A model generated the notes under the pieces. That model was not told where the DNA came from, did no database searches, and saw only the letters and a program-made list of their open reading frames with translations. From NCBI GenBank assembly GCA_026025075.1, contig JAPEUI010000015.1:124001-188000 (forward strand): 64,000 bases of DNA. Reading direction: 5' to 3'. This document shows, piece by piece, positions 37,864-49,040 of the stretch. The position numbers and the translations under genes were made by a program. This stretch comes from Vezdaea acicularis. Taxonomy: Eukaryota. How positions within the stretch are numbered: the first letter of the stretch is position 1; each line of letters starts with the position of its first letter.

Positions 37864-38679
37864 GAGGGTTCGAATTGAGCTTCTCTGACAGGAGTTGGAA
37901 CGCTTGTTGATCTGAAACTCTGGTATTCATCTGGAACCGCACGATAGAAGTAGAAGCTATATTATCCAAGGATCAAACGCCTTCCCGAGGGGACATCACA
38001 CAAGATATATATACAAAGTCCTCAATCAACAATTACATGGGACATGTGCGGCTCATGAGTTTGAGGCATTATTCCACTGAACGCGAGGCGTACGCATAGA
38101 AATAGGGAAGATGGGGAGGGTTTGTGGAGGCTATGCAAGCCTTCTACGCCGTCGACCATTCCCCGCTATTCCTTTTCGACCTTTAAGATGTGGTAGATGG
38201 AGCACGTGGACGACGGGAACGCGCATCACGTAGAACCCGGAGAAAGTACCTGAGGAATGCGATGAGAGTCGATCAACGCGATTCGTTGACTGATCCGATT
38301 TGCCTGTGCGATGTATGTGATGAATGTGAAGTGACAGTTCGATATATGAGTTATGCGGTGAACGACGTGTGCGACGTCACTTGAAGATGATGTAGTTGCG
38401 GCTGAAGAGCTGCGCGCTGAGCGGCAATGTCAATTGCGAATACTCGAAGGGTATGCACGCGACCAACATCTGAGAGAGGCTAAGTGCTCCAGGCGGAGGC
38501 TGATTACTAGGGCTAGGATTTCCTAGACCGCTACATGCAAGGAAGGTGCAGCGGTAACACAAAATATATGAACGCCCCCATACGCCTCGCTCTAGAGATG
38601 CAACGTAGCCTGTCGTAAAAAACACCTTACTTAAGAATTGCAAGAATGATATATAGCAGTTTAACGGAGGTGAGGCATT

Positions 38680-40939
38680 TTACCACCCTTGTCCTCCTTG
38701 CTGCTGACCCTGTTGCTCCTGTGGCCGTGGGAAGATTGGCACCGTTGGCAACTGCTCGTACCCGCCCAAGGTAGGTTGGCCAGGTTGCCATCCCGAAGTC
38801 GCCTGTGCTGCTCCAGGGAGCTGACTCTGTCGGAAAGGGTTTGTGCTACCAGTGGGGTTTGCTGTTACAGAAGGCTGCGGAAATGGCATTGCAGCTTGTG
38901 GCGGTGAGGTTTGGCGAGCAAAGGGGTTTGTTGCTGTTGCTCCTGAACGAAGCTCTTGAGTGAGCTGCTGGGGTGCAACTTGGGGCATGGATTGAGGAGA
39001 CATGGATGTGATAGGAGACGATGTGCTGTACGAAGTTGCAGTTGATTGGCCTGTTGTCTGCATCTTCGCGAAGGGATTAGTGCCCCTTGGCGCTGCCGTA
39101 CTCGTAGGAGTGCTCGAGAATGAAGAATTTGTTGAACCTGTGTTGCTGGACATCATGGATTGTCGGAAAGGGTTGGTAGTCTGTTGCTGACCAAGGGTTG
39201 GGGATCCACTTGCCATTTGAGTTTGTGGGAGAAATTTATTGTTATCGAATGAAGCAATTCCATTTTGTGGAATACTAGATAAGGAAGATTGCTGTGGGTT
39301 GAATGGCGGTTGAGCGGTCGGTTGAGGTGTGTAGCCTCCAAAGCCAGCCCCTGTAAAGTTCGGCTGAACTGCAGTTTGCTGCTGTGCCTGTCCAAACGGG
39401 CTGCTGCTATCCTGTTGTCCGAACCCACCACTGAATTGAGGCTGTTGTTGTTGCTGTGGAAATCCTGTCGACTGCTGAGCAAATCCACTCTGCTGGTATT
39501 GCTGGAATTGGGCTTGCTGCTGATGTAGCTGCTGCTGTTGCTGCTGCTGGTTATATAAGGCCATTTGCTGCTGTTGCTCAGGCGATAATTCGTTGGCCAT
39601 GGGCTGTTGGTTTTGCTCAATGGACTCAAAGAAGTCAATAAGATCTGGTGCTGGACCTTTCGGTTCGGCCTTCGGAGTGTCTATAGGCTTCGCTGAGGGA
39701 AATGCATCTCCACCATTCGACTTTGCTTGAGAACTTGCTCCGCTTATCCCGAACGGTTTGTTACTAGCACCATTGGATCGCCCCCCACTCTTCTTGGCTT
39801 CTTGCTGTACAAGGTACTGGCGCCGGTTAATTTCAAAGTCTGGATCTTGACAATATTCCTCTAAAGAGGATGTCAAACCTGTTGGAGCGTGTTTAATTTT
39901 TGGTACCTCAAGGCGTGTAGCGGTTTCGTACTGCCTAGCAACGCTCAAGTACTCTACTACCTGGTTTGTTTGTCTGCTAAACTTCTTGTAAATACCTAGA
40001 GCACGTTCGGCATCATATTTTGACATTTCAAGGAAATGCTCTGTGAAAATTGTGAGTGTCTCTCTTAACTCAATTAACCATCATTGGGGTTCTACCTAAG
40101 ATGTTGATAATACCTTCATTCATAACATAGAATAAGGCTAGGAGATCTTGAACAAGGAGGGTGAACGCTGTTAGAGTGATCTCGTTCTCAATCTCTGTTG
40201 TGAGAACCTGCACTGTTTAGCCAATATGCTACATCACGGGTCTAAGTACGGTTGACAGCTTACATCACACTTCAGCAAAGCAGCAATTGTACGTTGAACA
40301 GCCTCCGTCTCCCTCAATAGCCCCTTTTCAACGCTTTGTTTCTTTAGACGCCCCTCACCGGATCTAACATAATCTACCTTTGTCTCTTTATACGCCGAAG
40401 CTCGCTCTAGAAGGTATTGAGAATAGTTGCGGATATTTTGACCTTGTACTTGAACTGTCAAATCATAGCGGGTCAGCGTCGTTAACCCTAATTATGTGAT
40501 GAGCGAGCAAATCTATCCAGTGCTTACACTGCCCCAGGAGTTGAGTGCGGTACCCACCGTCGGAGAAGTTGCTTATTGCAAGCTTCCGTGGATTTGACGC
40601 AAGATATTTCAATGTCACATCAGGCTCCCCTTCACGCATCATAACATGAACAATGATCAGGCCCTTGAAAACAATCGTCCACGTCGAGTCTCGAAGGCGA
40701 GGCTGTAAAGCTCGGAAGATTTCCGCAACGCCCGCGTCCCCTGTGTGCGTTGCAACGAGAATGTGCTCGACATACTTTGACTTTGGGGCCGCAAGCTGGA
40801 GACAGATGAAAAGTTAGCAATCCCACATTTGGCTACGGCAAGGCCTGCATGTTGAACTAGCAGCTGACAGATTCGAGTTAAAGAGGCTCACTTTGATCTT
40901 CGTACCACCCTTGACGGATTTCTCGAAGGAGCTAGCCAT
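38680..40939 (-). CDS. ANTH-domain clathrin adaptor (AP180/Yap1801-Yap1802 family), multi-exon
   Basis: MASSFEKSVKGGTKIK|LAAPKSKYVEHIL, STWTIVFKGLIIVH, KHAPT, DLIDFF clathrin-binding motif, several TNPF motifs, Q-rich tail. Confidence 0.93.
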
Positions 40940-41711
40940 TGTTGACGGGAGGTTCCTAAGGAAATTGACTTTGTAGTAATCTAAAGGTCTACAGCATGGG
41001 CTTGTGAGCTCCAGCTGTAGACTGGCGTAGCCAGGATGCTCCCAATAGAGTCCCCACCCGAAAGTTCCCTTATTGAGAAGAGTAATATTGATGCCCAGTA
41101 CAGGTGGTGAGCCTGGGCAGTTACTTCCTTTTATGCCAGGGTTGACAGGTCTCACTAAGCAACTCTCAAAGGTCTAGCTCGGCGGCCGTGCCCAATTTTC
41201 GCGGAATAGACGAAAGTCTTGCTCGTTGTATTAGCGTCGCAGATTCTTATCAACTAAGCCAGAGATCTTTGTGTGTGATATTGTCAATAAGTAACCCAGA
41301 AGAGGTAGAGCACAAACTGACGGCCAACGCGAGTAAGATGCTTCCACCTACTCGTTGATGGTGATGATCTTGACGAGCGCCGCTTACGAGTTTTGATGCT
41401 AGTTCAAACCATTTTAGAGCTTTACCAATTGTGCACCGACAACTCATGTCCATGTTCAGCTTTTAATCAATTTAATATCATTCAATAAGGGATTCCACTT
41501 GTATCGGAGGCTACAACGAGCCTCCGCTTGTAGTGCAGATTTAGAATTTTTAAATTAATAGTTTATGTTTGTTCTGTTCGAGCCCTCACAGCTCCGCTCT
41601 TGATGTTACTCAAAGGCAGACCAATACTCGAGCCTCCCTGAATCGGAAGAGCCTCCAGAATGATGAACGCCTTATAATGCGGGACTGGTGTGCAATCGAA
41701 TATTGCCAATT

Positions 41712-42736
41712 TCAAGACCGAAAGTATCGTTTTGCGCGATCAGACAGGGTCTCCTTTCCCTCCGCAAGCCTCTCTTTCCTCAGACGCTCCTCTTCCTGAT
41801 ATATTTCGCTAACTTGCCTTCCCGTGTTCGCTGCTTCTTCCATTTCTGCGAGTATTGCTATCTCCTCTAGCTCGCTTTCTTGCTTATTCAAGCCCTTAAA
41901 TCTGTGCCTGAGTTGTGATCGTTGCGACGGCGTCAACATCTTGTTTTGAGCTGAGGCTGGTGAGCCCATATACGGGCTATCAACGAGTGGTGGATATTCA
42001 GGTGGATTGGTTCCAGCAGATTTTGCAGCCTCGACTGCAGCCTCTTGCTCGAGCATCCGCTGATATAGTGTGTCTGCATGCATTTGTATCTGCTCATCAA
42101 CCTCTTCTGGCCGATCGTAGTTTGACAAGTATCCTAGTGCCTTTAAAAACCTCTACTGCATACGTTAATTCTCATCGTAATTCATCCAAGTAAGACGGAC
42201 TGTAGGGAACGTACTGCTTGCATAACGTAGCATCGCTCGAGTTTCTTATTCTCCGCACGACACATAGTCAAGCGTGAGCCCCACCCCCCATTTCGGAAGC
42301 ACTCACTCACAGCGGAGTGCTCGAGTGCACAATTTTCCAGTGCCGCGCGCCCAATGTGCGCCTTTCGAGTATTATATCCCTCTAGGATGTCGGAGAGCTT
42401 GTCTTGGTCCGACTTTGATGTTGCTTCCACGGCTCCCAAGGGTTGATAGTTCTTCCACAAATGGGCGTACCGTCCATCTTGATATAGTGATTCTGGTGGA
42501 ACTGCATTCTCCTGTTGGAATGAAGACTCCTCCACCTTTTCTATCGCCTTTCCCCATGATTTCTCGGTGTACGCAGGCTGCTCTCCTTGCGTCGCAGAGG
42601 GAAGGATCTGGCTGTCCGCTTTCGCTCGAGACTCCCTCCTAAGAAAGTCCCGAAGCTCGGGGTCCAACTTGCTGAGAGGATCGGTCTTCGCCTTTTCTGG
42701 AGGTTTGGCTCCCCAATCACCCCAAAACCAGCCCAT
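41712..42736 (-). CDS. Hypothetical protein with twin Cx9C motif, 2 exons
   Basis: MGWFWG...DPLSKLDPELRDFL; C-ALEHSAVSE-C...C-RAENKKLER-C; second exon FLKALGYLS...IQMHADTLY. Confidence 0.8.
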
Positions 42737-42950
42737 ATCTCAGATAAATCAATGATGCCCCGACTGGAGTGTGATGTATGGAATGGCGGTGTTTGTTATT
42801 TGCTATAGCTGGAGTTAAAGTCTCTATAATTCGCCGAATGACTCGCCGTAGCAATACGGTACTCTTATGGGACCAAACACGCACTCGCGTCCCCCAAAAT
42901 CAGATACGCGATTACATGATCGCATCCTAGAACGAACAACTAATGACGAG

Positions 42951-44867
42951 ATGGCATACGGTGAGGTTGTAATCTTCTTCTATCAGGGTGACAGCTAATT
43001 GGAGATAAGTAGATAGAGAAGAACGACTCCTCCTGCGTCAACGTGGTGCGGGGTAAACTGCCCATTCTATATATCTTGCGTACGACTGAGTCTAATTCTT
43101 GAAATAGGAGACATAAAGTTAAAGACGTTGATTTTGGATTCTCCATTCCTCCACCACCTAGTTCAGCAAGATCAACGCGTTCAGCACGTTCTCGAAAATC
43201 TGTTCAACACGATGTTACACCTCTTGGCGCGTCGAATCACAAAAGGCGAAGGACTTCAAGGAAACCCGACGTAGATGTGCCAGACTCCAGTAGTGATGGC
43301 GAAGCACGAAACGGACGGGCTGCTTCGCAGCCTGGAAGTGGTTCTGAACAAAACAGAGAGACTGGCGATTCTCTGCAGCCTCCCGCGAAACGACCACGTC
43401 GCAGTCTGAGGAACAGCGTAATTGTCACTATTGCCGAAGAAGCAAGCCCGGAGAGGATACAACACCGTCACGGGAGCGCGCAACCGGAATCATTATCAAA
43501 GACAAGAGGAGTGAAACAATCCAACCATAGCGAGGCGTTGATGGTAAGCTCAAATCATGACGAAGATCAATATAATCCCTTTGCGCCACTACAACCATCC
43601 AATGGAATTCTGCGAAGGTTCCGGAAGAGTAGCATGAGCAGTGAGGCTGCGGAAGATCAAGAGAACATAGATTCTGCACTGCTAGAAGACGTCACACCGT
43701 CAATAAATCGAGCAAGAGGAGGCCCTAGAAGAACCCTGGAGCCAGTCCCAGAAAACGATGCCGATGAGGATGACGAGCTTGCCGGTGCTTCAGACCGAGA
43801 ATACTTCGAACGGGCAAGACGAGCTGAGCTTGCTCCAAGGAAAGAATACCGCAATATGACTGAGGAGAATCTCAGCCGCCCAGAAGGTTTAGATGATAAT
43901 ATGATTGAAGATCCAGAATCACCGGCAACCACTCGAACTCCCATCAAGGATAAGCCTCGAAATAGACGACAGGATAGGAGAGCATTCTCAAATGTCTTAC
44001 CACGGACGACTCCGCGGGAAAAACATAAGCCTGCGCGTAGTCGGCGTCAGGATTCTGACGCTTCTGCCACCGCTGAGGCGGTAGATCGTACGAAAGCTAG
44101 TGATGATCTGGTACCAATAGTGGTGCACCGGCTACGAGTCCCAGCGCATGCCAATAATGGCGAGGAGAGCGAGAACGACGAGCTGGCCAAACCAAAGTTC
44201 GTTCGACGGGGCGGAGTCAATGCCGTTGATGTTTTGAGCCAGATTTGCAGGGAATTGGTGAATAAAGCAGCTCTACTCATGCATCGAGACGAATCCCAAG
44301 AGAATAATGACAAACGACGTAGCGAGTGGAGACGCAAAAGGAAGGTAATAGAGGCCTTTGGAGAAGAGTTTGATAGCAGGTGCTTTGCTCTAACAGAGGC
44401 GTTGGATAACAACTATGCGCTTACAATACGAGTGCGTCAAAACAACAAGAAGAAACACGAACTCAGGGAGCAACTTCTCAATGTTCGACGGGAAAGAGAG
44501 AAAATCGCCTTGAAAATGGACGCCATTCGAGTGAAACATGAGGAGGGCATGACTGCGGCGCAGGTATGTATAATGAAATCTACAAGGTTCACTTCCACAA
44601 GTACTAAGCAAGAAACAGCGCCGCAACAATCTCAATACGGATCTATATGATCTCGAGCTCGCGGTTTCTCGAAGTCGGGAGATACCTCGAGAGACCTCAC
44701 TCATGGTAGCGTCAAATCAAACCTCTTATGGTCTTGAGATGCTCCTTAAGAATGTAGCAGAAGGGGCCAGCTCATCTGGTCCAGGAGGAGGACTTCTCAG
44801 AGCAGTCAAGGACTTCAACTCGTTTCTAGAGCGAGCAGCCACTGTTCTTGAAATACGCGCGACCTGA
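42951..44867 (+). CDS. AME1: Inner kinetochore subunit Ame1/CENP-U, 4 exons
   Basis: Short 5' exons give MAY|DREERLLLRQRGAG|RHKVKDVDFGFS; VPIVVHRL; RRGGVNAVDVLSQICRE; C-terminal coiled coil; GGLL..VKDFNSFLERAA. Confidence 0.75.
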
Positions 44868-45487
44868 ACATCGGCTCACCATTCAGCTACTTTTTGTGTT
44901 ACTGTATGGTGTAACAACGGTATCATTACGTGGATGTAATGTGTGTTACGGACATGACCAACATTGACCTAATCTTGTAATTTGGGCAGTTGGGCGGGCT
45001 TGGATGGAATTGAATCTGTTATTGGGTACAACTGCTATGTGGCATAGCAACTGGCGCAGGAGACCATTGGTGCAATGTGAAAGAGCATTCATTTCATGGT
45101 TGTTGAAGGCCTCACATATCTTCTAGTGGCGTAGTGATAGAAAGCAGAGCATACTTTGCCTCTTCTTTGCAATTGTATAGCGAGCATTTGGGGAAGAAAA
45201 CCAATGAGATTTTCCAATCTAAAATGTCCGCTCCCTCATGTATGAAACCTTAAAGCTTGGGCTTTCGCGGACAATCCCCATTCTAGACGTACATGCAGCA
45301 CACGATCATCAGTCTATTTTAAGCAGGTACCCGTTTGGCCCCCAAAGTCACCCATCATGCACCCTCCGATAACTGTTCTCCTTCCCTCGCATCGGCTGTC
45401 AGACGCCTCCATAAGTATCTTTTGGCCCCATCTCTTTGTCGCCGAAGTCATTGAGCTGTGATCATTCGGTATATCCGTGAACGGACC

Positions 45488-46767
45488 ATGTCGGGGATCA
45501 GAACCCCTCTACTGGCTAGCATTGGCCCCTCGGGCATCCTCAACATCATACAATTGCTCAAGTTCAGTAGTACCACCGTATCTAACCCCAGCCCATTACG
45601 AAACACAGCTTTCATCTTTGTGTTCTGCTTCCTTGCCTATCAGGGTCTACTCATCCGTACCCCTCAGAATGTATTTGACTATGTCTTCAAAGGAACCGCC
45701 CTTGGTGGCGCCATCCTCGCCGCAATAGATTTCTTCTTCATCGAAACCCCCCAAAGAGACTTTCGCCGTGTCGCACCAGGAGGTTTACTCTCAAATGCTC
45801 AGTCAAAGAGAGCGGAAGATGGTGAGAAGAGTAGCACGCCCACGGAGGGAATGTCCTTCCTAGAGAAGCTAAGGTGGAGCTTTGGTATATGGACGACTGA
45901 GCGGGGAACGGGCTGGAACTACGCGGTCAAAAATATACCTCCTAATCCTTTCTCAATTGACCAGAAATGGTGAGTTGCTGTCCTGAGCCCAAGTCCTCGA
46001 CTTCCCTCGGGCTCAGCTGACTGCGAGCTTCGCGTCACAGGTCATTCGTAGCCTGGCAGCTCTTCTATGCCATTCAATGGTACATCCAGGCAGACTTCTG
46101 GCACCAAGTAACAATCTATATGGTCCCACTGGGCGACCGCCAAACCGACTACCCATGGTACATCCAGGCCGCCGTTGGGCCTTGTGTCTGGGCGGTCGTG
46201 CGGTCCTACATGAGTTTCACGTACACTCTTTTCGGCAGCGTGACCGTCGCACTTGGGCTTTATTCCGTAGCGGACTTTCCACCTATGTTTGGAGACCCGG
46301 CCGATGCGTATACCCTGCGCCGCTGGTGGGGCCGAGCATGGCATCAGACTCTTCGCAGGCTTGCCACGGTATATGGCAAGTTCGTCGTAAGAGTCTTTGG
46401 CTTCAAACAGGGCACCTTCGCCTCGAAGTACACACAGCTCTTCGTGGGCTTCTATGTCTCTGCTTTCCTGCATCAATGGGGCGCCTTTTACTACGTGGGG
46501 CACGACATGGGCGAACTCCTCTTTTTCATGAGCCATGCAGCTGCCATCTTAGTGGAGGACTACGTGATTGAGTATGCGCAGAAGGCAGGCTTGACTGATA
46601 AGGGAAAGGCGAAGTCGTTCTGGAGAGTGTTCGGGTATCTATGGTGCCTGGCTTGGTTTTCGTGGACTACGATGTACTGGGAGGTAGTGCAAGCGCATCA
46701 TATTGGCGCAATGTGGCCAGCAGGATTTGGGCACCCTGTCGGAAAGCTCGTGGAGATGTTACGATAG
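45488..46767 (+). CDS. MBOAT_2 (wax synthase/Tri7-like) membrane-bound O-acyltransferase, 2 exons
   Basis: RGTGWNY; PPMFGDPADAYTLRRWWGRAWHQTLRR; SAFLHQ (catalytic His); intron starting GTGAGT at ~45970. Confidence 0.85.
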
Positions 46768-47571
46768 AAGAGAACCAAGACTCTCCGAACGAGCACCACT
46801 CAAGAAAGAACTCCTTTAAGGGACTGTTTGAGAGGTTCCAGCCAGATATCTTGATCATGCATTTCTAACGAGGGACCCAGCCACTACTTACTTAGTATGA
46901 AATTAGACATGGATTAAAGTGTTATGTATTATGGCCTAATAACTCCGAAAATGGTCCGTTTGCTTGCAATGCTGAGTGTAGTCCAGATAATATCTTGCAT
47001 TCGCCATGGCTGATACTCTAGCCGCTGAGCATCCTTACTCTGTGAGGGTAGCGATAATCAACGCCTCTGACAAGGTAAAATGACTCCAATTGTCAAGTTC
47101 ACGTTGTCTACATCTGTTCTTATAGGGCTGAGGGCTATAGATGTCACTGTTGTTAATCACTTAGGTGGAGATACGAGGTGAATAGGGACTCATACCAAAT
47201 TCCAGAGGAAGTGCGGCCCAAGGACTGGCAAGCCCTCTCCTAACGGCCACACAGTTGCCGCTAAGACTAAGCATTACGAAGTTTAGCACGTCAAGGAGGC
47301 GAGGCTTCCGGGCAGACGCCATTTCAATTGGCACGGAACCAGGAAGGTTCCTGACAAATTGCTGGCTGAACGAGAATCCATCGAGAGTGCTGAGAAGCAG
47401 TATGTATTTATTCAAATGGCGTTTTATGTACAAGTCGGCGTGCCTGTAGGACCAAAGGATCAAAGGGGTTAGAGCACATTCTCTCTTTGCAGCGCAGAAT
47501 TGCTATGTGCCAAGCACATGTGGAGATCCATAGAGCTATATCCACCAGTGAGGGTTCTGGGAGAGAAGATT

Positions 47572-48615
47572 TCAAGGAATGGCCGCCGAAGGTCTGCTGT
47601 TTCGCTCGATGACTGATGATGGAGTTCGAAAGACGGACGTCGACGAAGGCATACGGTGCATCGAGATTCCGTCAGCGCCAGCTACCTCATCCCTTGCTTG
47701 CTGGTCCTCCTCTCGTTGGCGTCTCCTACGCGCCATCTGACTGCTTATCCATGGCTTAAGGTTAAAATAGCCTCCGCAAACGAAGACCCCAATCCATAGC
47801 ACAAGCTCGGTGCCATAGATGGCCATGCCGACGGCATCTATATTCGCTTGGAAGACTATTTCCATTAACAAACGGTTTAAGCAACCCGTAATAGAGACTT
47901 ATCCTACAGATAGAAATAAGGGATGTCAAATCGCCCATAGCATCAATTCCGACAAAGACAAAACTAATACCACGGACTGTACGGTGAATGTAGATATCCC
48001 AGTAGTGTCTGAGAACTCCTGCCGCAAGCAAAACAGCCGCAAGAACTGCCATAAAGGTGACCGGCCACTTTATATGGTGCTTCTTCGAGGTCTGTGCTCT
48101 TGTTTAGACTCTCGTGGTCATACCTCAGGGCTATCGCTAATGCATACCTTCAGTGCTTCTATCAGCCCGGCTTGAATACCACCCATAAGTAAGGCAATTG
48201 GAGCAGCAAACGCGAAACATCTACGCTTGGACCATGACTTATCCAGACATGAGCCACTATCTCAAACGTGGAAAAGTACAGGAGAAATCCTACCCGTCCG
48301 TAATAACAGCATTGGCTCCAAGTCAGGAGACTTAAGAGCGTCAGGATCTGCGGCTGTATTCTCAAGGCAATATTAAAGTTCTCAACGATATTATAGACGC
48401 CTAATGGGACCCCTGCTGACGCCCATAGAAGCATCATCACCGGTTGCAACCCTTCGGTGCTGTGACGCCGATGATTGATGATGATCTGCGGGATGAGCTG
48501 TGACGCTGTCAGCGACTGTGCATGATTGATTTGTTTGCGAGCGTATAAGTACCTGAACGGACCAACATATTGCACCGATTGTACCGAGCACGTTAGCTGC
48601 AACAGGAACATTCAT
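47572..48615 (-). CDS. PQ-loop repeat membrane transporter, multi-exon
   Basis: AANVLGTIGAICWSVQ|LIPQIIINHRRHSTEGL; IQPQI; VRGISFVFVGIDAMGDLTSL. Confidence 0.88.
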
Positions 48616-49040
48616 GTTGTGCTTTCTGCGATTTCCTGGACGTCGGGCCTGGGCCAACTTCTACAACTATCGACCTCGCGTTCGGTTACTGGCGGCTTTA
48701 TCGCAGCCCATATAAAGCCTCTGAGGTAAAGAGATGCCTTTATATTCTTCTTAAAGTACATTCAGAACCCATTTAGTATTTGATCCTATCTTGTCTTTGT
48801 AGTTCCTGTTATATGTATATGCCTACAGAGGTCTGTTATATACAGTATCTATTATATATATCGTAGTGCGAGGTGGTTTAAAGAAATAACACGCCCTGTG
48901 TCAAGCGCTCGCGCCCACAATGTGAATCCATCAAGCAGAACATAAGGCTTGTGGTTAATAATGACCGGCTGGAGTGAGAATCCTGCTCTCCATAGTACCC
49001 GCATGGTAAGTTCCTATCGTGCCCCGCCAGACCCCCTTTA

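Noticed and set aside
37860..37900. GGTTCGAAT resembling a tRNA T-loop/B box
   Set aside because: No cloverleaf or matching acceptor stem around it.
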